Shown here: positions 12,623 through 25,154 of the stretch, piece after piece
Layout of the letters: the number at the start of each line of letters is the position of its first letter
How positions within the stretch are numbered: position 1 is the stretch's first letter
NCBI GenBank assembly: GCA_010356995.1
Contig: ML996690.1
Span: 1,458,217 to 1,522,216, forward strand
Source of the DNA: Trichodelitschia bisporula
Lineage: Eukaryota
Direction of reading: 5' to 3'
Length of the DNA stretch: 64,000 bases
The notes under the pieces: generated by a model
Told to the model about the DNA's origin: nothing
Database searches by the model: none
What the model saw: only the letters and a program-made list of their open reading frames with translations
Position numbers and translations under genes: made by a program

Positions 12623-14120
12623 TTTGAGGTGTAGAACTTGCAGCAAAACGTTGCTGTTGATTTCAAGAGCAGTTGTTGGAGTTGTGATGGTGAGGTTGAG
12701 GTGACTAACCTGTTGTTTGGTGGATGAGGATGGATGGCGATGGATGGATGGCGGTTAATTGCAGCGGTGGGTGAATGTACCTGCTGGGATCAAAGGCTGA
12801 AGCCCTTGGCAAGGCTGAATGGGGGGAACCCGGCAAGCTGTGGTGAATGTGGAAGGTACAATATGTTATTGGGATGGCTCGTGTGTTGCCACGGCGATGA
12901 AGCTTTGCGGTACTTACATCGACAGAGAATGTGATGAACCAGAGCTCAGGGTGTCAAGGAAGGTGCAAGTCTCCAGAGGGGCACTGGGGAAAGGAGTGGC
13001 CGAGCCCCGCAGATGTAGAACAATATGGCCACTTCTTTATTACCTTCCTTCACTCATTTGCTTCGATATGCTCGCTCACTGCCATGGAGCAAACGGCTTG
13101 GAGGTACTGCCCCCGTACCGACACGGGGGAAATGACTCGTCAAATCTAGTTGATGCCCTCTGGCTCTTCTACGTGCGTCAAACGGCCTGTTCTGGCAAAG
13201 TAAGCCGACGCAGCTTCTGTGGACATTCAAAACGGTTCTACGGCCCTGAACACTCCCTCGAGCTTAGTGTACACACGGCGTCGGAGGTGTACCGGATGCA
13301 TTGCCTAAATGCCTTCGGGCGAGTTACGGCAGTTCTTCCCGAGGCCGTCCCACTTTATGTTAGGCAGCTCACTGGGCTCTTGGTACATCGGTCATAGGTT
13401 GTCGTCCCGGTCGTCTGCCGGAGAATTTGCCGGTGCTCCATGATGTGGACCTTTTTTCTGACCGAAGCCGAGTTTTGACAGTCTGTGGAGTGCGATCGTT
13501 GCACGCCGATACGTCTGCATCAAAAACGCTGCTGCCTGAATACTCCATGTAACGTCGGGAGCTCTGGGGCAGCCGATAGAAGCTTCGGAACTTTACACCG
13601 AGTTGCTGTACCGTAGCATCACGCGTCCTTGCACTGCTCATCTAGTGTAATGATAGCAGATTTCCATCCAAAACATTAGGGCCCGAACGTACATCCGTAC
13701 ATGCAGATTTGCTAGCGTTCTGGTGATATGTAACTAAATACAAAGATAAAGCCCAACACCTTCCGGAAGGAAAAGCCTCCCACGTCATGCTCGCGGACCT
13801 GGTTCCGGAGCACGTGCCGGAGGCGCTGTGGCTTGGGATGGCTTGGTGTGGTTATGGACGACCAACTCGGGACGCCGTTCGGATAATGATTCAACTCCGG
13901 CACGGAGCCTCAGAATCCCTTTGACAACTCCATTGTCCAGTTGAGAGATCCATGGAGTGCGCAGTGCAAAGCCCCCCACCACCGCCAAAACTTACCCGGC
14001 TCCATGTCCCCGCCATGCATCACAGGGCACATCGCGGGGAACATATTCCGACCGATCGGGACGATATAATGCAGCCCAAATGTCCATAATCCGCGTCTCA
14101 AGTCCAGAAAAGTCGACGAA

Positions 14121-16155
14121 ATGGCTCAATCAACTCCCAAGCGCCCTATCCGTATCGCTGGCTGCAGCGGCGGTAGGCCTCCTTACCTTCCCACGCTCAC
14201 GGTCATTCTAACTTTCCAGGCATCTATGACCGCAAGCGTGCGCTCTCCTCGCTTGCGGCTTACAGCCCGAAGGTCGATGTCATCGTCGGCGACTGGATGA
14301 GCGAATGCAACATGACATACCGGGGCAGCGACGCACGCGACCGGGCATTGGCGTCCAACACGTCAACATCGGGGAGCGCAATTGCAGGCGGTTACGAGCC
14401 CTATTTCCTCGAGCAGCTTGAGCCGGCACTTGACGACTTGGCCAAAAATGGCGTCAAGCTCGCTGTCAACGCCGGTGCGAGCGATGTCGCGGGCCTGGCA
14501 GCTGCGGTGAGGAAGATGGTCGCGGAGCGGGGACTCAAGCTTAAGGTCGGGTACGTGGATGGCGATGATGTCACTGAAGAGGTACTTCGGCGCTACCGTG
14601 AGGGCGAGGAGTTTTTGAGCTTGCCCTCGAATAAGAGCATCCGTGACTGGGGGTATGAGCCCCTGTGTGCACAGTGCTATCTCGGCGGCACAGGGATTGC
14701 GATGGCATTCGCGGCAGGCGCGGACATCGTTGTTGCGGGTCGCGTGGCCGATGCGAGTCCCACACTCGGTGCCGCGATGTGGTGGCACGGCTGGGGCCGC
14801 GAGGAGTTCGGGCCGCTGGCCGGAGCGTTGATGATTGGACACTTGCTGGAGTGCAGCACCTACGCAGTAAGTCGCTCATTCCCTCAGTTGACTGAAGGCT
14901 AACACCGCAGACTGGTGGCTACTACTCTGGGTTCAAAGACCTGGCGCCGAACGACACAGATCTGGGCTACCCGATCGCCGACGTAGACGCGGCTGGCGAA
15001 GCACTCATCACCATGGAGACGGGTCGGCACGGGCTTGTGACGGTTGATACCGTGGCCAGCCAGCTGCTGTACGAGATCCAGGGCCCGCTGTATTTCAACA
15101 GTGACGTCACGGCGCGCATTGACGGTGTGGTATTGAAGCAAGTAGACGAGAATGCCGTGCATTTCAGCGGAGTGGTGGGGCTACCGCCGCCTAGCACAAC
15201 AAAGGGTACGTTATTCTTCTTCTGCGCAGAGAAAGTGACGAAGGCTGACGAAACAGTCGGCATCACGGCCAAGGGCGGCTACCAGGCCGAATTCCACTTC
15301 TACCTCACGGGCCTGGACATCGCGGAGAAGGCGGCACAAATTGAGCGGCAAGTCAAGGCTCTCATGGGAGAGCACCTCTCCAAGTTCACGTGCCTCAAAT
15401 TCCAAGTCGCGGGCACCGCCGCCGCAGACCCGCAATCGCAAGACGAGGCGACGGTGGACCTGCGTATCTTCGCACAGACGCGCGACCCGGACATCCTCTC
15501 GGCCGGTGCCCTCGTCGACTCGGACCGTGGCTCCTTCGCGCGCTTCTGCATCCAAAATCTCCTCCAGGGCTACCCCGGCAGCACCATGGCCACCGACATG
15601 CGCAACGCCGTCGGCAAGCTCTTCTTTGAGTACTGGGTTGCCCTGCTGCCGCAGGATGCCGTCACCGAGATGGTCCACTTCCCCGACGGCTCCAGTCAAC
15701 GCGTGCCCGCGCCCACCAAAATGACCACATACCCCCGCGAGCAGGACTCCTACGAGCCGGCCTCCCCGGCGGATTTGTCCTCATTCGGACCGACGAAGCG
15801 CGCGCCACTCGGATATGTCGTGCTGGGCCGGTCAGGCGACAAGAGCAGCAACGCGAACCTGGGGCTGTTCGTGCGGGGAGACGAGGAATGGGCGTGGCTG
15901 CGCTCGTTTTTGACGACCTCGAAACTGAGGGAGCTCCTGGCTAAGGACGATGAGGGGCGCCAGATTGATCGCACGGAGTTTCCGGGAATCAAGGCGGTGC
16001 ATTTCCTGCTCAAGGACCACTTGGATCGTGGGTACAACTCTACCAGTGGGTTTGATGCGCTGGGCAAGAATCTCTGCGAGTATATCCGCGCGCGCTATGT
16101 GGATGTGCCAGTGCGGTTTTTGGAGAGGAGCACGCTCTGGAAGCGCGAGGCGTAG
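14121..16155 (+). CDS. DUF1446 / AtuA-like (acyclic terpene utilisation family) protein
   Basis: RPIRIAGCSG, GDWMSECNM, GADIVVAGRVADASP, SQLLYEIQGPLY, GRSGDKSSNANLG, DALGKNLCEYIR; several short GT-AG introns. Confidence 0.9.
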
Positions 16156-16944
16156 TGTCTCATGGGGCTGGAGAGCGGGGAATGGCGAAGTTTGCGCATA
16201 GAGTACTATAGTGAAACAAACAGAGCTATTACCAGGAGTTCTCCCCAAATGAACCTTCCCCTGTGCATCCTACCACCCCAGTAGGAAACCTGCAGCCCAA
16301 ATTAACGTTGCCATTTTACAAAGCGGGCCGGTTCCGGGACAGGCAACGCATGCACGGGCATCTCGCCTGTGGTTACCCGTGTGAACCCGGGCCGACTGTT
16401 GCGTCTTTCGTCAGAAAGATCAGAGATGGCAGAGGATAGACTCGCTTTCTTCTTTCCCGATATCGGTTGCGCGTGTGAGATTGTGCGGGATGGCGTCAGG
16501 GTTGCTGACCATCTGGTGAGATTTAAGGCCCACTGTCAGGGCGGAGACTAGATCAGCAAGAGCTGGTTGCGAGACTGGCTCGCCTTTGGACTTGACCAGC
16601 AAACTCCCCGGGAACCTTCATGCGCTGTGTTACTACGGGGCGTGTCATCGCACTGGGTCTATGCGAGCAGGAGGCAGGTTGTGAAGTACCGGACAATGAG
16701 CGCCCTGAATGTGAATTGCAGCATTCGCTTTCATTCTCTGAGTTGAGGGTGTTTGCGTCATGGGCCGGAAATCCTTACAGGACCTGCTTGGTCGTTCCGT
16801 TTATTCTTGGAAGGCCTCGGCGCAGCAATGCAGCCAGATGTTCAGCTCAAATTCAGCGTACATTCTGTATCATCTACACATTCGTTCTATCGACATCTCA
16901 CATGAGCCCCCTTATTGCAAGCCAAGTGTGTTGGCGATAAACCC

Positions 16945-18912
16945 TCAACCTGCTGCGAGGTCAATATGTACTCCCTTGACTTTTTCAGCCACTGCCGCAG
17001 CCGGATCATCGCCAGCTTGTGGCTGAACATGTGTCTGGTCCTGAAGATGTGCTGCCTCTGCTCGATTAATGCAGGAGATGTTTGCCCGGAGCTTGTTCAT
17101 CGTTTCCATGCTTTGACCGGTATTAGCGAAGGCATTGAGCAAGCACGACTGAACCTACTACTCGTCATACTCGACGCTGTCAAACACGATGCCCCCTCCC
17201 GCCTGTAGGTAGGCAACTCCATCTTTGACTAACATGGTGCGCAGGGCAATGCAACTGGTATCACTCAGTCAGTGACAAGTAAGCGGGGCGTAGGTACACA
17301 CGTGTCCATGGCTCCCTCCTCCACGGTGCCTGCCGATACAGTGTTGTACCCGAAGTAGCCAACAGCACCGGCATAGACGCCTCGCTTTTCCTTCTCCAGT
17401 TCGGCAATGAGCTCCATGGCCCGTACTTTGGGCGCACCGCTCACGGTTCCTGCGGGGAAGATGGATCTAGAGGTCCGTTAGCTGCAGGGTGACCTCGCCG
17501 ACCATTACAAGGCCCCACCGGAATGCATCAAATCGCGTCTTGCCGGGTCGGAGCACCCCAGATACTTCTGATGTCAAGTGCTGGACATGACTGAATTTCT
17601 GGACGATCATCAAGCGGTCGACACGCGTTGTCAGCGGATCGCACACCCGATTGACGTCGTTTCGGGCGAGGTCAACCAGCATGACATGTTCAGCCCTGCT
17701 TCATTCAGCGCTAAGGCGCCACTGTGTTGCTCAATATACCTGTCCTTTAGCGAACTTCTCAGCTCCTCTGCCAGCGCCTCGTCTTCTGCGACGGTCTTGC
17801 CCCGCACAACCGTGCCCGCAATCGGGTGTGTAATGATGCGTCCGCCTTCAGCCTTGACCAGGAGTTCGGGACTTGCACCCACAATCTGAAAATCCTCACA
17901 ATCGACAAAGAAGAGATAAGGAGATGGGTTTACTGTCCGCAGGGTCCGGTATATGTTGAAGGGATGCAGGGAAGTTGGCCGCGCTATCCGCTGTGAGGGT
18001 ACAGCCTGAATAATGTCGCCCTTATTGATATGCTCCTTAAGTCTCGTTACATGCGCCTCATATCCCTCCTGTCCAACATTGGAGGTGTATGTCTGATCTT
18101 GCTTGATGGGGCCCTGTGGAGGCAGTGGGACGTCCTTGCTTTCGAGTATGGATACCATGCGCTGAAGTGTGGCACGCCCATCCTCGTAAGCCTTTTCCAA
18201 GTCATCGAGGTGGTCTGGCACAGTGAGGTAGGTGAAGATCTTGACAACTTGGAAAAAGTGGTCAACAGCTACCACGGTGTCAAAGAGCATGAAGAGGCTT
18301 TCGGGGACACCCAGTACATCCTTCATGTCCCGCTTGGTTCGTGGCTCAAAGTACCGCACACAGTCATATCCCACGTAGCCGATCGCACCGCCTATCCAGG
18401 GAGGTACAACCAGACCAGGAATTTTTGCGACTCGGTACTGCGACAGCTCGGCATCGAGAACGGGCAGCGGATCCTGTTCTCCAATTCCATGGCCAGGTCC
18501 GGATTTGAGTACCTTCCGAGGGTCTTGGGAAATTAGCTGGTGCGCACAACATGGCAGGCGGACGCACCAGCTCCAATGAAGCTGTAGCGTCCAATTGTTT
18601 CGGTAGTTGCTGCACTTTCAAACAGAAAGGAGAGTTTTGAGTTGGAACTATGTTCTCAGTCTTCCACTCCGCATTACTATCTAGGTGACTTACTGACTTT
18701 GCAGCAACTTTCAGGTATATAGCGCTTGGTGTAAGGAACTCGGCGGAAAGCGAGGCGCAAATAGGCACGAGATTGGGGGGATTCGGCGCGGAAATGTCAG
18801 CAGCGAGCGTTTCGCGGATTGTCTCCAGCGGCGGCTGGATGGGCAGCTAAGAGATGTGAGCATTGCTAATACACTGCAACATTCTGGGCAATCTACGAAC
18901 CGGTGAAGCCAT
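16945..18912 (-). CDS. TRP2: Anthranilate synthase component I
   Basis: [63 protein letters not shown] motifs spread over multiple exons. Confidence 0.96.
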
Positions 18913-19202
18913 CTGTACTTTCCACAACCGTAGGCTTCGGGTTTTGGAGAAAGAGAGAGGGAATGACCAGAGAATGACTGGACGTGACTTGAATATCAGA
19001 ATGTCTCCTGGGGCATGTCCGGCTGCTGACAAAAAGTCCGGTGCGGGGGGCCAAGCCACAGGGCAAGGAGGGGCAATGGAGGAGGCGAAAACACCCCAAA
19101 AATTCCAACTGTACGCCTCAAACCCTTTAAAACGGCACCATCTCTTCAGCCAGACGGCCCAACCCTAATCTCACAGTACGCACGAATAGCAGAGCCAGCA
19201 AA

Positions 19203-21210
19203 ATGGGACTGCCAAAGTCAAAGAACGCCGTGGGGCTCGGCAACAGCCTCATGAATGACCGCTTTGGCAAGGGAAAGGGCCAGGACATGCGGCGGGGAAA
19301 CCATGCGCAAGAGGGTGGGATTCAGCGCACTGGTGTGAACGGGGAAAAGGTACGCAACTTGCAGGACAAGACCGGCGTCCAGTGCTGACACCCTAAAGTA
19401 CATTACAAACGCGAAGAAAGATGCCTCATGGGTCAAGATGCGCAGCGTCACGGAGCAGGCCGCCCTCGACGAGTTTCTCAGCACTGCCGAGCTTGCCGGC
19501 ACCGACTTCACGGCAGAGAAGATGAGCAACGTCAAGATCATACATCGTGACCAGAAGAATCCTTTCCTACTCTCAGCGCACGAAGAGCGTGCCGCAGTCA
19601 AGAAGCACAAGGCTAACCGGCAACGCCTGACCGTCCCGCGTCGGCCCAAGTGGGACGAGAACACGACACCCCAGGAGCTCGACGAGATGGAGCGTTCTGC
19701 GCTGCTGGAGTGGAGGCGGGGCCTCGCAGAACTACAGGAGAATGACGATCTGCTGATGACCCCCTTTGAGCGTAATATCGAGGTCTGGCGCCAACTGTGG
19801 CGTGTCATCGAGCGCTCCGACCTCATTGTGCAGATCGTGGATGCTCGCAATCCGCTCCTTTTCCGGTGTGAGGACCTTGAGAATTACGTCTGTGAGGTAG
19901 ACCCTCGGAAAAACAACCTGCTGCTCGTCAATAAGGCCGACATGATGACGCTCGAGCAGCGTCAGGAGTGGGCTGACTACTTTACGGAGCAGGGCATCAA
20001 CTTTGTCTACTTTTCGGCTGAGTTGGCAAAGGAGACGAATGAGATTCGCGATGCGCAGCAGTCAGATAGTGAGGATGAGTCAGACGACGAGGAAGTGGAC
20101 GCCGTAGCAGATACGCTAGCGGCCGTCACTACGGAGTCGGAGGTGGATACTGAGACCGAAGAGCAGAAGGCAGAGGCGGAAAGAGCGAGAGACGACCCCA
20201 CCAGAATCCTAACCACGGAGGATCTTGAAGAAATCTTCCTCCGGCACGCCCCAGAAGTCTCCACAACCTCTGGCCAACCCCAACGGAAACTGGAGGTCGG
20301 CCTAGTGGGCTACCCTAACGTGGGCAAGTCTTCCACGATCAATGCCCTCATCGGTGCGAAGAAAGTATCAGTCTCCGCAACTCCGGGCAAGACTAAGCAC
20401 TTTCAAACCATCCACCTCAGCGAACAGATTGTCCTGTGCGACTGTCCCGGCTTAGTGTTCCCCAACTTCGCTACGACGAAAGCCGAGCTTGTCTGCAGTG
20501 GTGTGCTCCCTATCGACCAGCTGCGTGAGTTCACTGGACCGGCCGCTCTCGTCGCCCGCCGGATACCGCAAAGCTTCCTAGAGGTTATTTACGGCATGAA
20601 AATTCACACGCGAACGCTGGAGGAGGGCGGTACCGGCATCCCCACGGCCGAGGAGTTGCTCCGCGCTTACGCCATCGCGCGCGGCTTTTCAACCAGTGGC
20701 CTTGGCCAGCCAGACGAGTCGCGGGGCGCACGGTACATCCTAAAGGATTACGTCAAGGGCAAGCTGCTCTTCTGCCACCCCCCACCGCGGGAGCCGCCCA
20801 TCGACCCTTTGCACTTCAATCGTGAGCTGTACGATGAGGCGCACTTGCCGGAGCGGCGGCGTGCTGCATACCTCAAGGCTCAGGAGGAAGCTGCGGCGGC
20901 GGACGCTGACCCCGAAGAGGCGGGCGAGGGCGAGGATGGCGACATGGTTCCGCTGCCATTTGTGCAGGGTGAGAAGTCGCTAGGGCTGGACGCTCGTTTC
21001 TTTGCAAGGGGGCAGACTGACAAGGGGCGCATGAAGATGCCCTTTAGTTACAAATACACTGAGCAGGGAAAGTTGTTAACGGGGCGCAAGGAGCGGGAGC
21101 TACTGGCGCTGGAGCGGGATATTGATCCTGCGGAACTTAAGATGGGAACGAAAAAGCACTTCAAGGGGAACAAGAAGAAGAGTAAGACGCGGACGGAATA
21201 TCTGTCTTAG
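19203..21210 (+). CDS. LSG1: 60S export GTPase Lsg1
   Basis: Circularly permuted GTPase (TPFERNIEVWRQLWRVIERSD, NKAD, GYPNVGKSS, CDCPG); one intron near 19350-19398. Confidence 0.96.
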
Positions 21211-21451
21211 GAACGTGCAGGCTAAAGCCGGGAGTTCGGGAGTGCGTTAGAGCTCATCATGTTACCCTCATGTCTACTTGCAAAATATGATCCATAACGG
21301 TTGCGTAAATACTGTCAAACAAGCGTTAGGTCTTGTCAGCATCAAATCGCTTCATTCTCCATGACTTTCCACTCGAATGTGGGGCATTTAGCCCCTAGAA
21401 ATCTATCCTGTGCCGTTCCAAAGCATCTCCTGGTCAATGCGCAGATGATGC

Positions 21452-23250
21452 TCACGTATGAGCACCAGCGCTCCTCCCGTTGCCGGACCCTAACGCCTCG
21501 CTAAGATTCGTCCAGACGACATCATCGAACTTACTCAGCCCGAGCGCCTTGTCGTCCTCCTCGGCGGGGCCATCACCCAGCAGAGCCGGATCAATATTCG
21601 AATCCTGCAGCTCTACACCCGACCGCATCTTCGACACTTGACGGGTAATACTCTCCACGGTCTCCTCTTCTGCCGCACGAGCCTCAGCCTGCTCCGTAAG
21701 CCAGTCGAGAGATGAGAACCGCCCAGACTCAAGGCGTCCGTCGCTTGCAGGGTCGACGCCGCCGATCCAGAAGATCTCGTCGTCAAATCCCCTCAGCTCT
21801 GCAATCAGCTCCTCGACCTCCATCTTCGCCTTTCCATGCGCGGTATCAAGGTGTAAGCGAAGGTCGTACTCGCGGAAGAAGCGGTGCTCGCATTGGGGTA
21901 TCACACAGGAGATATGCCGCCCGCTTTGTTCGTACCCGACACCCGTGAGCAAGCTCGCCGCGGAAACGGTGAGGCCGGGGGCTTTGCCACGGCGCTGCTT
22001 TTTCACTGGACGTTGCTCAGCGTCTTCGTCCTCGTCGCCCTCGCGTTGAGCCCCACGTTTGGCCCATCGCACTAAACCAAGGTGCTCTGTACGGACATGG
22101 TCCTCAAGCGCAGCCTTGCCAAGGTATGACTTGAGGCAGCCGTCCGTTTCCGGATCCCATTGTAGGCCCTCCAGACGCTTGGACGTAGAGAGGTCGGTGA
22201 CGCCGCACACGAAACCCCGAACCTTGAGGTGGACGCTCGAGATATGGATCTTGAGGTTTCCATATTTGGTGAAGATGCGGTCGCAGCCTTCTTCAGGGCA
22301 GGGGAACTGAGCTACCAGGGTCGGAGTTGGCGCATACTCGGGGTGTTGGAGTTCAAGATGCCGGTTCATTTCACGCTGCGAGGTGCAAGCAGTGCGGCAA
22401 TGTGGGCAGGAAAGAGGGTGGACGGCCTCGTTGTGAGCACGCAGGTCGGAGTACCTGTAAAACTGGAAGGTAATATGAGGAGGCTTGCCAGATCCATCGT
22501 CTTGTATCGAGGTGTGAGATGCACAGATTGTGCACACATATCGTGGGCCGGAGTGGTTGCGGGCAATATGCTCGTTGAGTCTCCCCTGAGTATTGAATCC
22601 ACTACCGCAAGGGCTGCCGGTGATCGGATCGTTGTGCGGACACTCAAAAGCCTTGAGTCCATGGTGCTGGGCCGCAATATGTGCCTGGAGTGTCGAGCGT
22701 TTGCGGAATACCTCCCCGCAAGGTGGGAAGCCGGTGCACGTGAACTCATTGCGTTTGTCGTGACGTTTAATGTGCTCTTTCAGTCGCTGTGCGGTTGAAA
22801 AGCTTTTATCACACCCTTCCCTGTCGCAGAAGTAGTCACGGATGTTTTTATGGGCGCCATTGACATGACGGCTGAGGTGGTAATCCCGCTGAAAGGTCTT
22901 GCCGCAGCCGTCAAAGTGGCAAGCGAAGGGGCGCTCTCCGTTGTGCGATCTTATGTGTTCCTCAAGGCGGCATGGCCGGCTAAAAACTCTGTCACATCCA
23001 TCCTCAGTGCAGTAGTAGATGAGCGGTCGGCCACCATGCGACTCCTCCGGCGATGGATTGGGGGTGGGCAAGCCCGTGGGCGTCGGCTCCGCTTCGTTGT
23101 CAGGTTTGACTGAGTCGGGGTCTCTCATACCAGACAATTAGCGAGAAGAGTCTGCGAGGAAGCGTCATAAGTACCTGTTGATTGCTTGGGAGCCGAAGAT
23201 CGTGCGCGAGACGCTCGAGGCCTGGCACTCTGCTCACTGTGGTCGCGCAT
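21452..23250 (-). CDS. C2H2 zinc-finger protein, probably TFIIIA (5S rRNA transcription factor)
   Basis: About 10 C2H2 fingers (CTEDGC, CHFDGC, CDREGC, CTGFPPC ... CVIPQC); first finger has FSRPCRLEEHIRSHNGERPF as in fungal TFIIIA; short first exon from ATG 23250 inferred by manual splicing. Confidence 0.75.
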
Positions 23251-23640
23251 CACAGCGGTGAGGCATGCAGAGGACAGTTTGTGGGACTGAGTAAATGGAT
23301 GCGGATGATTCGATTAGGCCTGAACCAAGGCAGAAATACGAGATACTAGGACTTGTGAAAGTGGTAAGCTTCGCGAAATCATTGCCAGCATGCTACAGTG
23401 CACGCAAATGCTTCACCGCATTCCTCGAACTCAAAAATCAGACGCTAAGCACCATGGCTGGGCGAAATCTTGGCGGCCGCCGGCACCTCGACTAAAAAAA
23501 TGTTTGCCCCACACGAGCTGAGCGGCTGGCTTGGGTGACCCCAGTCACCGCAACAGCTCCCTGACATCATATCATCATACGCGTCTTCAAGGTCCTCAGC
23601 TCCACCGTCTTGATTAAGCTGAAGCTAATACTTGTAGCAG

Positions 23641-24786
23641 ATGTACAGAAATACCGTCGCTCGCTGCCCCACCCCCGAAAATGACGCCGCTTCTAGCGGA
23701 AAGCACAAAAGCGCTGCTCAAAAACAAGGTGCCATCGCTGCAATCCAATTCAAGCGCGCTACCGGTGAACCTTTCATTAAAAGCGACATCTACCGATACT
23801 TTCGACTAAATCGAACCACTGGAGAGCGAATTCTACGCAAATTTGAACAACAAGAAAGCGCAAACCAGCTCCACGATCAGTCAACTCCAGAGCGTGATCC
23901 TAGGGGACGCAAACCCAAGCTTACCAAAGCAGACATAGCTCGGATGGAGGCCGTTCTTGAGCACAGCTTTGGAGAGGAACGTCTGACTTGGGAAAATCTT
24001 GGTGCTGCTGCTGGAATCAATGATGTTTCGAGCCGTACGATCAGGAACCATATGGAAGATCTTGATTACCTCAAGTGCATTGCCTGTTCAAAGACTTGGG
24101 TGTCGCATCGAATACGTCAATTGAGAGTCGATTTCGCCAGAACCATGCTCTTTTTACGTCCTAGGCCAAGCGATTGGCACTTTGTGCTCTTTTCAGACGA
24201 GGTGCATTTTGCACTTGGACCACAACGAAAACTGCGTATCATTCCCAGGCCTGGAGAACGGGAATGCGCCGATTGCACTCAAGATTTCAGCGAGCTGAAG
24301 AAGGGCGAAAAGAGGCTCCACGCATGGGTCATCATTGGAATTGATTTCAAACACATGGTGTTCTACGATGCCCCCCGGAATTCGAATGGCAAGATGACTC
24401 AGAAGGTCTATATGCAGCACTTCTTACCGGTGGCAGAAGAGGCCATACAGAAGCTTCGAAGTGAAAGAGGATATAACTATGTACTTGAAGAAGATGGCGA
24501 TGCAAGCCATGTTGGCCATGCATCGACAAAATGGAAGGAGACTCATGGGCTTCAGACGTACAGCAACCCGCTGAAGTCGCCAGATCTGGCGCCTATAGAG
24601 CACTGCTTTCAGCCTATGAGGCATTATTTCAGTTCACGGCCACAGTCGAACCACGACATGTGTAAGACGACCATTTGGGAGGCTTTTCAAAGCGTCAACT
24701 TCGCGTTAATCAATCGATGGATTGAGAGCATGCCGGCAAGGCTCCAAGAAGTTGTAGACAGACAAGGCAACATAACGGGTGGTTAG
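23641..24786 (+). mobile_element. Tc1/mariner-family transposase (DD34E), intact ORF
   Basis: VLFSDEVHF, VLEEDGDASH and SPDLAPIE catalytic motifs with 34 residues between the second D and the E; N-terminal HTH-like region and RGRKPKLT linker; no convincing TIRs found by eye. Confidence 0.9.
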
Positions 24787-25154
24787 CTTCATGTACATAG
24801 CATAATTGACTGTGTTACAGTGGCCTAACTGGTTGATGAAGTTGTAGCATTTTCTACTGTAGTGGAGTCAGTGTGAGGCAATCTTTCATCTTTGTGAACC
24901 CAAAGGGTCCCTAAAAAGTTTATGGCTGACGCCTCAGGAAGTTGTAGCGACCCCTCGCCAGAGCCTTTACTGAGTAAGAAGGTATAGACTATCAGCGTGC
25001 CGACTATGACTTTTATTTGGTGTGGCCTTCGTCCGCACCAGGATCGGAGCGGGAGCATATTTCTCCGTCACGGCGTGCGGTCTTGGACCCTCCAGTGATC
25101 CAAGCGTTGAGTCCACGAAAAGGCTTTTTAAACTCGGCTTCGAACCTTGGGAGA

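Noticed and set aside
12900..13650. Possible degraded phosphotransferase/kinase remnant on the minus strand (GVKVPKL...YMEY)
   Set aside because: Only fragmentary resemblance across frames with many stops; cannot be supported without a search.
16395..16425. CTGACGAAAG on the minus strand resembling a hammerhead ribozyme core
   Set aside because: No stem II between CUGANGA and GAAA; it is just a small hairpin.
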